In this document: positions 14,351-27,063 of the stretch, one piece after another
Layout of the letters: the number at the start of each line of letters is the position of its first letter
Numbering within the stretch: the stretch's first letter is position 1
From: Octopus vulgaris
Taxonomy: Eukaryota
NCBI GenBank assembly: GCA_951406725.2
Contig: OX597835.1
Span: 19,716,001-19,780,000, forward strand
DNA: 64,000 bases
Direction of reading: 5' to 3'
Notes under the pieces: generated by a model
Database searches by the model: none
Seen by the model: only the letters and a program-made list of their open reading frames with translations
What the model was told of the DNA's origin: nothing
Program-made: the position numbers and the translations under genes

Positions 14351-14395
14351 CACACGCTGACGAGAGGTCAATACCTCGAAACTCGAGTCCGTGTG
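14351..14395 (+). ncRNA. Canonical type I hammerhead ribozyme
   Basis: CACACG-CTGACGA-GAGG-tcaata-CCTC-GAAAC-tcga-GTC-CGTGTG; all core nucleotides present, perfect stems I and II, palindromic stem III ACTCGAGT, predicted cleavage after 14389. Confidence 0.92.
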
Positions 14396-14585
14396 TATCA
14401 TAAGTTGAAGACGGGAAGGATGATTTCCTTTGCAAATACTGACAGGACACAGAAAGTGTGTCTAGGGCCAGCTGGAGGAGTGTGTCCTCCTGGGGCTAAA
14501 AACTACAGTAGCATCCACCCTTAGGGGTTAGCCATATTGAAATGGCAAAAATACGTCACGATGTGTTACCGCTACTGTATATAAC

Positions 14586-14620
<35 letters not shown>

Positions 14621-14812
14621 ACGGGAAGGTTTACGAAAATAAACAAAAGACGAAGGCAGGTGGAGTACAAACAAACAAATGTATTAGTAGGGCGCTCAGG
14701 AATAGAAATAAAACAAGTATTTTACGTTTCGAGCCTATGCTCTTCGACAGAAAGATACACAGAAAAGAAACAAGGAGAGAAAAAAATGCGTGTAAGAGCT
14801 AACGGCCTATCA

Positions 14813-14814
<2 letters not shown>
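14621..14814 (-). mobile_element. TA-embedded element with degenerate hammerhead (14717-14758)
   Basis: Minus strand TTT-CTGTCGA-a-GAGC-atag-GCTC-GAAAC-GTA-AAA; related pieces at 14984-15097, 21620-21800 and ~3470-3557. Confidence 0.6.
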
Positions 14815-14853
<39 letters not shown>

Positions 14854-14875
14854 CCCACATATATACTTATGTATG

Positions 14876-14941
<66 letters not shown>

Positions 14942-15991
14942 CAGAGAGAGAGGGGGGAGACGCCCACACACATATACACATATGTCGAAGAGTTTAGGCC
15001 TGAAACGTCAAAGATTTTTCCATTCTTCTCAAGCGCGAAACTACTACACTGGCTTGTCGTTCCCTCACATTCGTCGTCTTATCTTCTCTGCAAATTAAAA
15101 AAATATATGCAATATATATCTTTATATACCTATTTAGTTATATCTATCTACGTGGGAGTATACGTGTGTTTTGTTGGCTGTGGTGGGCGTTTGTGTGTGT
15201 GTAAACATGTAGTCGATATTCGATGTTGGATGAATGTCGTTAAAAATTGATTTTGCCTGATAGAAGTATTACAATCTAATTTTATTTGCGTGTCGATGTA
15301 TGTCTTACAATGTGCAAAACACATATATTCTATAAAGAAACATTTGTAAAATTTTCAGCAATTTCAACGAAAAATACCCTTAGCTTGTCAACTGAAAGCA
15401 GTTTATATTACTGCAAAAATAAATGCGCTGTTGAAATATGATCTAGTTTGATAACCATACCAAAAATTTGTGTGAAATCAGATCGAAGCTAAATGCATAT
15501 GGTGGATAAATGAACTTGCTAAGGCAACTCTTATGTAAAATGCAGATCTAAAAGAAGAAAAAAAAAACCCAGAAAAGTTACCTGTTTTGAAGCTAGACAT
15601 AACAGATAACAGCGCAAAGTATAAGAATAGTAAACGATATTTTTTTTAATGTGTAATATGAATTTAACTGCTGTAAATATAATACAACATGAAATATAAA
15701 ACTATGCACAGCAGCAAACATACTTTATTACACAAATACGGACATATACATACGTATAAATTTGCACATAAATATATGGATATAAACAGAAACCATACGC
15801 ATCATTATTATCTATTATTCAGGGTAGATAAGAAAGACAAAATAACTCGATGCTGTAAAGATAACAAGCATACTCTACCAAAATACCCACTCCTATATAT
15901 CAAAGAATAGATGTATATGTATCTTAATATATGTATGTGTATATGTATATGAATGTATATGTATGTTTGTGCCCGTGTGTATAAAGGTATA

Positions 15992-16135
<144 letters not shown>

Positions 16136-16208
16136 TATGAATATGTGGATGCACAAACATGGCAATAGATATATATGTATGTATGTATGTGTCCATCTAT
16201 CTAACTAT

Positions 16209-16298
<90 letters not shown>

Positions 16299-16676
16299 AT
16301 ATATAAATACATATATATACATAGATATGTGTAGATGTGTGCGTGTTTCTGTGTCTCAGTGTGTGTGTGTGTGTGTGTGTATGCATTTGTGTTTGTGTAT
16401 GTCTGTGTTGTATGACTCTGTAAGCGTGGATGTCCGCGTGTGTGTAAGTGTGTGTGTGTGTGTGTGTATTCAGACATGGTGAGAGTAAGAAAAATGTAAA
16501 ACAAAAGGAAGAGTTCTGGCCGAGCTATTATTCACTCACTACAACAGTCTACGTAAACAAATGATCATTGGTAGACTTTGGTTACTGTCGATATTTTGCT
16601 AATATCGTCAGCTAATGAAAGCAAATAACAAAATATATTCGCATATGCATATTTATACTCGTATTTTACGAATGGC

Positions 16677-16725
<49 letters not shown>

Positions 16726-16743
16726 ACTATATATATACACACA

Positions 16744-16786
<43 letters not shown>

Positions 16787-16859
16787 ATGTATATACCCAC
16801 ACACAAGTGAGTGTTTACGTGTATGTGTGCGTCTATATATATGTATATGTTTATATTAT

Positions 16860-17155
16860 ATTAGAGACAAAACCACTATTATGCAAATCAAACAAAGAAA
16901 GACTTAAGCCAATACATATATAATTGTTATATATACACATATAATTTATAATTGTTAAATTTTAATTTATATAAATTATTTTATGTATTGGCTTAAGTCT
17001 TTCTTTGTTTGATTTGCATAATAGTGGTTTTGTCTCTAATTTAATATAATATAATATTTTACTATAAAATTGGATTTAATTCTACATCTGATTTTTCCCT
17101 GTAAATTTGGATTTATTCCCTAATATTTATTATTATGTATATGTTTATATACATT
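16860..17155. repeat. 59-bp perfect inverted repeat with unique tail
   Basis: 16860-16918 is the reverse complement of 16982-17040. Confidence 0.9.
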
Positions 17156-17440
17156 TATCGTACACGTAGCGAGACACTACAATGAAACGAAGCACTTGTT
17201 ATAATCTTGATTAAAAAGGAGGTGTTTGTTATTTATCGTGTGTCTCTGAGAATTATTGATACAGCGACTCCACAGATTCAAAACTTTGGTTGTGAAATCG
17301 AATGCAGTGACTTCAATAAATAGACTGATTTATAAATGTTATATTCTTTGGAAGTCACATGATGAGCTTATGTTTTTTTTTTTAGTTGTTTGTACCCAGT
17401 TTCTGTTAAATTATTATATTATGCATGTGTGTGTGTAATA

Positions 17441-17981
17441 CACGAGGGTGAGTCAAAAAGTAATGTCATTTTATTTAGGATAGGTATAATTACCAACACA
17501 GGAATATGTATCATACTTCAAAATGAAGCTGGATTTCTGTGGATGATATCCCTAATTCTGAACATAGTCACCCTTTCTCTCAATAGCAATGTTCCACCTT
17601 CGAATGAGAGCATGTATCCTTGCTCCATAAAATTCTGTTGACTGCTCTTTCAGCCACTTCTTCACTACCTCCACTTTCACCATCATCTCTTTGACGCCAC
17701 GAAAGTGGGTTTAAGAAGCAAGCATTATTCCAGTGACGAGGAAGTGAAAACTCTGGTGAGGAAGTGGTTCAAAGAACACTCAATAGAATTTTACGGGGCA
17801 GGGATACATTCTCTCATTCGAAGGCGTAACATTGCTATGGAGAGAAACCGTGACTATGTTGAGGAGTAGGGATGTGATCCACAGAGGACCGGCTTCATTT
17901 TGATGTATGACACGTGTTCCTGTGTTGGTAATTATACGCGTACTAAACAAAATGGCATTATTTTTTGACTCCCACTCATAC
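17441..17981. mobile_element. Palindromic mariner-derived MITE made of two 3' ends
   Basis: TIR CACGAGGGTGAGTCAAAAAG after TA; diverged ~225-bp inverted arms that include transposase 3' sequence. Confidence 0.88.
17684..17869 (+). pseudogene. Mariner transposase C-terminal remnant
   Basis: HLFDATKVGLRSKHYSSDEEVKTLVRKWFKEHSIEFYGAGIHSLIRRRNIAMERNRDYVEE*, matching the mariner HLF..LK...EV....W....FY..GI..L..RW......GDYVE pattern. Confidence 0.88.
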
Positions 17982-18009
17982 ATCTATATTTGTAATATAT
18001 GAATGTATT

Positions 18010-18069
<60 letters not shown>

Positions 18070-19881
18070 TGTGGGTATATGTGCGTGTGTCTATCTGCAT
18101 ATGGCTGTAGGTAGACGCTATTGTTGATAAATATCTGCCCATAGATCAAATAAATTTAAACTGAAAAGTAACAAACGCTATAGAATATACTACTTAAATA
18201 TCTACAAAGGGTATATTCGTTCTTCTCAGAAGGTTCCATGAGGTATGAACTAGCACAAACGCTATGCACGGCAGGACATACCTTCTCTCTGCCCTTCAAA
18301 AGAAAAACCAATGCGTGATATAAGCGTGATATACAAAATGAGTAACGTCGTTAAATGCAGGTCGACATGTGATTAGAATTTCCTCTGGAGCAGCCAATAT
18401 GTAATACTTGAAATATTGTTGCAGATATGGAATGTTATATTACAACGATCAAAAATACGTGAGCTCCCATTTGCCACTGTAAATCAAGAATACTTCACGA
18501 AAGATCCTGATACCTCCAAGTAAAATACAAGAAGGAAATACAGTCGAATCGAACTCGTTTATTAGGGTTCCCTTGCCCAACGTATTCGGAATATTAACCT
18601 TTTTGTAAATATAATGTGTTAATTATTGCGTGTTTTATAGCGATTCATAAATATATTTCACTTTCATGTTTTTCTATTTTATAAATATTAAATTATTCCA
18701 ATTTATACAGCATCATTCACCCTTCACCTCGGCATTATATGTATATTTCCCCGTTCAACGGCACTCTTTGTCAAACGTATCTTTGAATGTTCTACCACGC
18801 TTCTAAACATCATTGCCAAAACCACCAGCACCACCGCCAACAACACAACCACTACTAACATCAACCACCACCACCACCATCATCATCATTGTTGTTGTTC
18901 TCAATATGAATTTTGTTTTTCTAATGAATATTATTGTTTTCAACTTTGAGAACTTAGACCGAATGCAATGTATGTAATAAAGTCACTATTTGACCTTTAA
19001 CTTCCACGTGATCTGATGTTATAAACCAAATCATTTTTTCTTTGTTCTAATCAGGGCATGTATTTCTGTATTTAATGTAACTGATTACCTCCTAGACATA
19101 CACTGTCATCTTAGGAAAACCGAAACTATATGATATTGTTTTCTATATTTAGGTCGGGCTCTAACTCCTCAAGTATTTCCAGTTCAATTTTGATAAAAAG
19201 TAAAATTGCCTAACAATTTACTAATTTTCCGAATTCTTCTGTGTCTTTCTTTGATTTTCTAATTTTCAGATTTCGCAAATCGACAAACATTGCTTGAAGT
19301 CAAAAGAAATTACAAGATTGTGTATTGTCACGGAAATTCTACATTTCGAGGCACAATAGAATGTCATGTACAAACTAGTTAACATTTGTTGAAAGTCTTG
19401 CGTTCAGAGTTCAAACCACATCTGCTTATTTAAACTTTGACTTATAACAGTTACCGGTGACGAAGACTGATCTAGTCGTGAGGCATGGCGCTGTAGAATA
19501 TCTAAATCAGTGCACACTACCTGTTATTATAGCTATTAAAACTCAGAGTTTTGAAGGCAATATCGGATGTGATTTCTAGTTTGTCATTACCTATTCCGTT
19601 GCCTTCAACTAACATGATTTATAAGAACAGACTTTTCACATAGAATTACATAATAGGAAGATTATGATGCTATTATATACTTACATATTAGCTTCCTTCA
19701 TTTCACTTGCATTTTCTATATAAGAATAATTAATTTTCCAATTAACAAGTAATGAGATCGTGAATTATAACACTGATAACGAATATGGTTATCTGAGTAG
19801 TATTAATAATCACGATCATTCCCAGTGTGGCAAGTAGCACAAGTTCGAATGCAGGTTTATGTTGGATATGTAATTCTTGTT

Positions 19882-19925
<44 letters not shown>

Positions 19926-19926
19926 C

Positions 19927-19973
<47 letters not shown>

Positions 19974-19976
<3 letters not shown>

Positions 19977-20205
19977 GTGAGCTGGCAGAAACGTTATCAC
20001 GCCGGGCGAAATGCGTAGTCGTATTTCGTCTGCCGCTACATTCTGAGTTCAAATTCCGCCGAGGTCGACTGTGCTTTTCATCCTTTCGGGCTTGATTAAA
20101 TAAGTACCAGTTACACACTGGGGGGCGATATAATCGACTTAATCCGTTCGTCTGCCCGTGTTTGTCCTCTCTGTGTTTAGTCCCTTGTGGGTAGTAAAGA
20201 AATAG
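19974..20205 (+). mobile_element. SINE family B, full length
   Basis: GCGGTGAGCTGGCAGAAACGTTA ... GAGTTCAAATTCC (B-box-like) ... TTTCATCCTTTCGGG ... GTAGTAAAGAAATA; recurs at 42021 and 45693. Confidence 0.9.
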
Positions 20206-20209
20206 GTTG

Positions 20210-20289
<80 letters not shown>

Positions 20290-20291
<2 letters not shown>

Positions 20292-20738
20292 TAGCGGGAA
20301 TATTCAGCAATGAGGACAACATACGCGGTGTTGCAATTCGCTGGAGTATTACTCTTGTCAAAAGGGTAAAATCTATGACGACTTCACCTAGAAATGGCTC
20401 CAGCAACAATCGCTTCTTTTGGTACCTTCTTCTCAGCGCCTTTCCATCACTATTCTTTCAGCATGCTTTAGTTACGTAACATAGATGGCAGACAGTAACT
20501 GACCCGAGCTGGCAACAAAGGCAATGAACCATTGCAGGTCGAAAGACTGTAGACTCCAGTAGGACGACAATCAGCGAGTAACATTTGATAGGTGCTACAC
20601 TTACTCCAAGAAAAATATAATTCACACACTCTCGATGGTTAGTTATTTGTTGTTGTGACATTTATTTTTCGTTATGGAAAGAATAAAAATAATTGTTCGT
20701 TAAAAACCTCAACAGATTTTTTGTTATACTTTGTTACA
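20290..20738 (+). mobile_element. LTR of an LTR retrotransposon (probably Gypsy-type)
   Basis: Begins (A)GTAGC, ends GTTACA, AATAAA at ~20682, followed 2 nt later by a PBS. Confidence 0.7.
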
Positions 20739-20740
20739 AG

Positions 20741-20758
20741 TGGTGACCCGGATGTGAT
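20741..20758 (+). promoter_or_regulatory. Primer-binding site complementary to the tRNA-Trp 3' end
   Basis: TGGTGACCCGGATGTGAT versus the complement of eukaryotic tRNA-Trp, TGGTGACCCCGACGTGAT (16/18). Confidence 0.75.
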
Positions 20759-21544
20759 TAGAACATTTCGCAGCCTTATTTTTGTACAAGTGGAAACTCC
20801 AGAGGAAGATTATCATACAACCTAGATACAATTCGTCGATGACTCTTTGTGTAGGAGATTGCTGTTACAGATTATACCGAAACCTTGGTAGTTCACATGA
20901 ACAACGTGGATATGTCACTGAGTGAATTCTCTCTCCGAGTGAATTTTCCCTGTCGTTGTAACGAAGCCGCGGCGCCACTATCTCTCTCGTCGGTACACTG
21001 GGGATCGTGTCCCAAACATACAACGCTTACAGCAATCAGTAGTTATTCTATCTCCAACATCATCGATCCCATCCAACATACGCAATAAATTCCTATTCTT
21101 CTTGATATCTTTATAGCGCATTCTAAAAAAAAAAAAAGAGGAAAACCTCTGTCAGTATCTACAGACTGTAGTTGGTTCTCTAACGACATCCACATCACCC
21201 ACTGCATAAACGATATGAATGTATCCCTCCACTGACGCCGTCATCTACTCCAAGAAAGAGATAATTCAACATGCATGTTCTCCAGTGCAGTACGAAAAAA
21301 TACTATTCTTCTATGTCTTTTTTTCTTACTCCCTTTGCTTTACTTTTATTCATACAAGAATATATCTGAAGACATTTTTACATTGCTCACATTTCGACTT
21401 GCACCCATTCACATATAACATAAGCAGGAGCACCCAGCACGTGTCTAACATGCGAACATACTCTTAGCGCATACATTCATTGCTTGCTGTATACATCAAA
21501 GTACTATGAATAAAAGATACAACCCCACTTTTCAGTACGGCCAA

Positions 21545-21796
21545 GTTACGAGGACGTAAATACACCAGCATCGATTGTCAAGGGATGTAGGGGGAACAAA
21601 CACAGACGTCCTCGTTGGCAATTTTTTTTCCTCTGTCTTCCCTTCTCTGGATCTTTCCTTCTCCTATGTTTCCGACGAAGAGATCCGCTCGAAACTTTAA
21701 ACCCTCCTCCTTTCCTTCTTTCCTGAGCGTCCAATAATACTATATTTGTTCCACGTCCTCGCGTTGTTGTGTTTTTTTGTGCTTTCTTGTTTGGAT

Positions 21797-21839
<43 letters not shown>

Positions 21840-21998
21840 GACGGGCTTCTTTCAGTTTCCGTCTATAAAATCCACTCACAAGGCTTTGGTCGGCCCGAGG
21901 CTATAGTAGAAGACACTTGCACAAGGTGCCACACAGATGGACTGAACCCGGAACCATGTGGTTCGTAAGCAAACTAGTCACCACACAGCCGCTCCTAC
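21545..21998 (-). mobile_element. SINE family A interrupted by a hammerhead-family element
   Basis: SINE A segments at 21545-21607 and 21838-21998 flank an unrelated insert and a TA tract. Confidence 0.8.
21620..21800 (+). mobile_element. TA-associated element with degenerate hammerhead (21668-21702)
   Basis: GTTT-CCGACGA-a-GAG-atccg-CTC-GAAAC-TTT-AAAC; its 3' end TTGTTTGGATT.ACTATA also occurs at ~38015-38040. Confidence 0.6.
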
Positions 21999-22035
21999 GC
22001 TTCCTACACCTATTGGAGGAAATTTACTAAGCAAA

Positions 22036-22237
22036 AGGCGGCGAACTGCCAGGATCGTTAGCACCCTGGGTAAGATGCTTACTAGCATGTCCTCCGTCTT
22101 TAAATTCCGCCCAGGTTGTCTTTGCCTTTGATCTTTTCGGTGTCAATAAAATATGTTCCAGATGTGTACTGGGGTCGATTTGATCGACTTACCCCTCCCT
22201 CGGAGCATGCTGGAGTTGTGCCAAAACATGAAACCAA
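22036..22237 (+). mobile_element. SINE family B-related, diverged
   Basis: GGCGGCGAACTG...AAATTCCGCC...CTTTGCCTTT...CTGGGGTCGAT. Confidence 0.7.
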
Positions 22238-23333
22238 TTTTTACTAAGTAAACATTTGATCACTTGACAGTAAATTGTTTAAAAGTGAATCTAGAAATAT
22301 CTCACGATGTATCTAGAACCTACTTCAACTCAGTCTCTCCAATCAATATTTCTGCCCACGTTCATATATAATAACGACAACCATGGCATTAACAGTGAAC
22401 AACCAATAAGATCTTACAGAAAAAAAAAAACACGCACTCAATTTAAGAACAGAAAATGAAAAACTAAAATACGTAAAACTAAGGAAAATAATGAAAAACA
22501 AAATGCTCATAAAAATTTGAAAAATATATAAGTATAGAATATAAAATGAAAAGCGTTAGAAGAAAAAAAAGCAGAAAATATCGGCGTCCTCATGATATGC
22601 ATCATAAATTGCTACTCTGGTTGCTCCAGATATCCCATTGTAAATATATAAAATAAAATGACACCTTTACTTGAAGTAAGTTCTTCATGTAAATCGTCGT
22701 AAAAATGCTTAAATAATCACTAAAACATTTATTCTTCTCGTTGCAGTTGTCGTCTCTGAGGATTTTTCCTGCTAGTGGAAAAGTTGCCAAAGTAAATTAA
22801 GTGCGTACATAGATATGTGCAGGTGTGTATGTGATTGTATAAGTGTATATATATATATATATATACATCAATACAAACATACATACATATATACATAACA
22901 CATGCATACATATATATAGAGAGAGATATACGAGTATATATATTTATTTATATATACATATATATAGAGACACGCATAAATATATATACACACATACGAA
23001 TACATACATATTTACACACACATATATATATATAGAAAGAGATAGATAGATATATAGGTACATAGATAGATACATACATACATAGAGAAAGAGAGAGATT
23101 ACTGTACATGTACATGCACACATAAATGTATATATCCATATATCTACATATATATACTTATATATATCCTTATATATATATATATATGTATTATGTATAT
23201 ATATATGTCTGTATATATGTATACACACACAAGTATATACATATATACATACACATACAAACACATACATATATGTGTGTGAATGCATGTATCCATATGT
23301 AACTATACGTTCATTAAATTATCTGCACATACG

Positions 23334-23364
<31 letters not shown>

Positions 23365-24017
23365 CAAAAGTTATCATTCTGTTTAATAGATGTTTTACGT
23401 ATGATACATTAGTTCTTTTTTTAATTCTTAAATTCTTCCTTTAACTTTTGTTCATACTATACCCGCGTGTCCTTGTATCTCTGTCAATATGTATGTGCGT
23501 GTGAGCTTGGAAGTGTGCGGGGAAGTGTGAGGTTGTGTATGTGGAAAATAACGAATTGAAACTGAGAGGGAGGTGGAAAGGTGGAGATGAGGAGAGAGAT
23601 AGAGAGAGAGAATTAGAAAGAGAGGCAGGGAAAGGAGGAGAGAGAGAGAGAGATGAGATGTGAGGATATCCATCCTTTATAAAAGTTAATGTATCATTTA
23701 TTTTTTCAATCATCTCAGAATTCTTTATATAACCCCACTGGAACAATATTCTGTCTGTACGTCAAGTAGAGTCTTATGTTTTCATTTTGTGTTTACTCAT
23801 TTTCTCTATCATTTCCCAGTGAAGCTGAACAGTAAAAGAAAAGCAAAAATAATGAAATATCATGACACATACACTCATTTATATACGTATATATATATAT
23901 ATATATATACACAACCATATATATATATATATATATTGATAAAGATGGTAAGACAAATATATATATGTATGTATATATGTATGCATATATATATATATAT
24001 ATATGTACGTATATATA

Positions 24018-24050
<33 letters not shown>

Positions 24051-24063
24051 GTGTATATATATG

Positions 24064-24110
<47 letters not shown>

Positions 24111-24169
24111 ATATATATATTGTGTGTGTGTATATAATGTATATATATCTATATATATGTATTTTCCAT

Positions 24170-24360
<191 letters not shown>

Positions 24361-24552
24361 AACAGTACATCCTTTGTCTTTCTTTTTTCTTTTCGGAAAT
24401 ATATCTTTTTTTTTTCTGTTGTAATTTTGTTTTAAAATATTTTCTTTGTTTTGATTTTTTGCTTCTTTTTTTTACCTCATTTTCGCTTTGTATAGTAACT
24501 AGTAAAATATAAAGGCGACATTAGATTTTACTATATTTGAGGTAAGATTTTT

Positions 24553-24583
<31 letters not shown>

Positions 24584-24918
24584 GTATATATGCACACATA
24601 CACCCACATATGTGGCTATTTATAACCACACGAGTGCGTGTTTGAGAGCTTGCGTGTGTATTTGTGTGTCTGTGTGATGTCTGTGCGTGCATGTTTGTTC
24701 GTGTGTGTGTGTATGTGTGTTTGATATGAATCAGGTTTCATTTTAGTTTTTGCGACATCATATTCTCGCCCACATTGGTTTCAATAACAAGCAATAGATT
24801 GTGCCGTAAATCAATGGTCTCATGTGCTTCTCGATTCGTTTATTCCATACTAAAGCTTCTATTCTGATGTTATGCTTATCACGTATATTCCACTCGTACC
24901 GTAATATACTGGTGATTA

Positions 24919-25653
24919 GGGGATTTCGAACACGTATGATTTTCTGTTTATTTAATAACTATGCACGTTTCAGTGACTATATCAGTAAACATCGATGTAA
25001 ATTTTTGTCAAACTATGTCAAAGTTCTCAAAATTATTTCCCGTAAATTTGTGCAAAAATGCAAAACTGTTCTCAAAATTTGAAAGTAAATATTGGACGGT
25101 GGGATCTTGAAAGTAAATATTGAAATAAGATAAGGGTAATTGAAAGACTACTTTATGTACTAACAACACGTTTAATTACCCTCTGTAATATCACGATTCA
25201 TTGTTGAGATGATCGTTTGTATCGCTCCTTTAACTCATCGTTTTATGTTTCATCTATAGCCGTACCTTATCAGATTAGAAGCTGCTTGGTTGCTTCTTTT
25301 TGTGTCAAGCTTTATTCTAACAGATGTTGAAATTAAGAGTAAACACGTCTGTGGAATTTTCCAGAGATTTACACGTTTACTCAGAAGTAGTTACTTCTGT
25401 TTATCTAACAAACGAATTCTCTTCGACAAAAGACGGAGATCCGACCGTCTAATGTTTACTTTCATGATCCGACCGTCCAGTATTTACTTTCAAATTTTGA
25501 GAACAGTTTTCCATTTTTGCGCAAATTTACGGGAACTAATTACGAGATCTTTGACATAGTTTGCCAAAAATTTATATCGATGTTTACTGATATAGTCACT
25601 GAAACGTGCATAGTTATTAAATAAACAGAAAATCATACGTGTTCGAAATCCCC
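24919..25653. mobile_element. MITE with ~200-bp TIRs
   Basis: GGGGATTTCGAACACGTATG... and ...CATACGTGTTCGAAATCCCC, flanked by TTA and TAA; subterminal GAAAGTAAATATTG repeats; no ORF. Confidence 0.88.
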
Positions 25654-25717
25654 TAAGCACAAGTATTTTGTTATGTTAATTAATATAACATGACAGATCA
25701 ATTTTCAAAAAATATAA

Positions 25718-26140
25718 TTCTTTCTATTCTTTCATTCTTTAACTTGTTTCAATCATTTGATTGTGGCACTGCTGGAGAATACCCTTTAGTCGAGCAAATC
25801 GACCCCAGGACCTATTCTTTGTAAGCCTATTACTTATTCTATCGGTCTCTTTTGCCGAACCTCTAAGTTACGGAGACGTAAATACACCAGCATCGGTTGT
25901 CAAGCGATGTTGGGGGGAGAAACACAGACACACAAACACACGCATACCTACATATATATATTTATATACATATATACGACAGGTTTCTTTCAGCTTCCGT
26001 CTACCAAATCCCACTCACATGGCTTTGGTCGGTCCGAGGCTATAGTAGAAGACACTTGCCCAAGGTGCCACGCACTTGGACTGAACTCGGACCATGTGGT
26101 TCGTAAGCAAGCTACTTACCACACAGCCACTCGAACGCCT
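25718..26140 (-). mobile_element. SINE family A, full length
   Basis: Reverse complement of family A. Confidence 0.9.
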
Positions 26141-27032
26141 ATAATGATAAATTATTAGAACAAGTACATGAAGGAGATTTGAAAACTTCTCTAGTATATT
26201 GTATTTGTGTTATATTTCATATTGCGCCATGAATTAAATTCGAAATTCGTTTTAAAAGAATCTGTTGCATAACAATAAATTTAATTGTGTTAACTATAAA
26301 CCGGCTTCGTATATTGTTGGTCAGAAATTCTAAAACAGTCTTAAATTTGCCTTGTTATTACTTCTTCTCAACAATTTTGTGTTTGTACTGTTTTATTTGT
26401 ATATAGACACATTATTACAGGAAATTTCTAAATTCCAAATTTATAAGCAGTGCCCGTAATATTGCTTTGGGATCGTGGGTGAGGATCGGTTCACTTCACC
26501 TACCGTGATTTTGTTTGGACTGTTTATTATCGTTCATTTCAAAAGCAAAACATTATAAATATTGTAAACACTTTTGATTCTTTATCCATTTAGTCCAATA
26601 TCTGTTGGCTTTATACTTGTAAAACTTACACACTCTAAAACGTACACACACACACACGTACGCACGAATACACACACGCGTGCACACACACATATGTCTG
26701 CATATATATATATATATATATATATTATACACACCTTTCGTGATCCATGAACTCAATAATGTCTTAGGTACCAGGATCGATATATTTCATCGTTCCCCTT
26801 TCCAAAATTCCAGGCTTTAGGCATATAAGAACAACTCTCTTCATGAAGCTAGGCAAGTATTTTTTTAATGATTTATTTTTTCTTCTACTTTTGAGAGGGG
26901 ATTCGCAGCTTTAAAAGAAATGAGATTTAATACTTAGACCCCAAAACTTCTTTTAAAATTACTTTGGAATACAGTGGGATTGAACTCCCGAGCCATAACC
27001 CACGTTATTGAAAGCAAGACATTTTAGCACAA

Positions 27033-27063
<31 letters not shown>

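Larger units (their letters stand above)
13930..14597 (+). mobile_element. Penelope-like pseudo-LTR structure: inverted partial copy plus partial tandem repeat, with two hammerheads
   Basis: 13930-14091 is an inverted copy of ~14338-14526; 14090-14245 is a direct repeat of 14431-14597; (TA)n on both sides. Confidence 0.8.
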
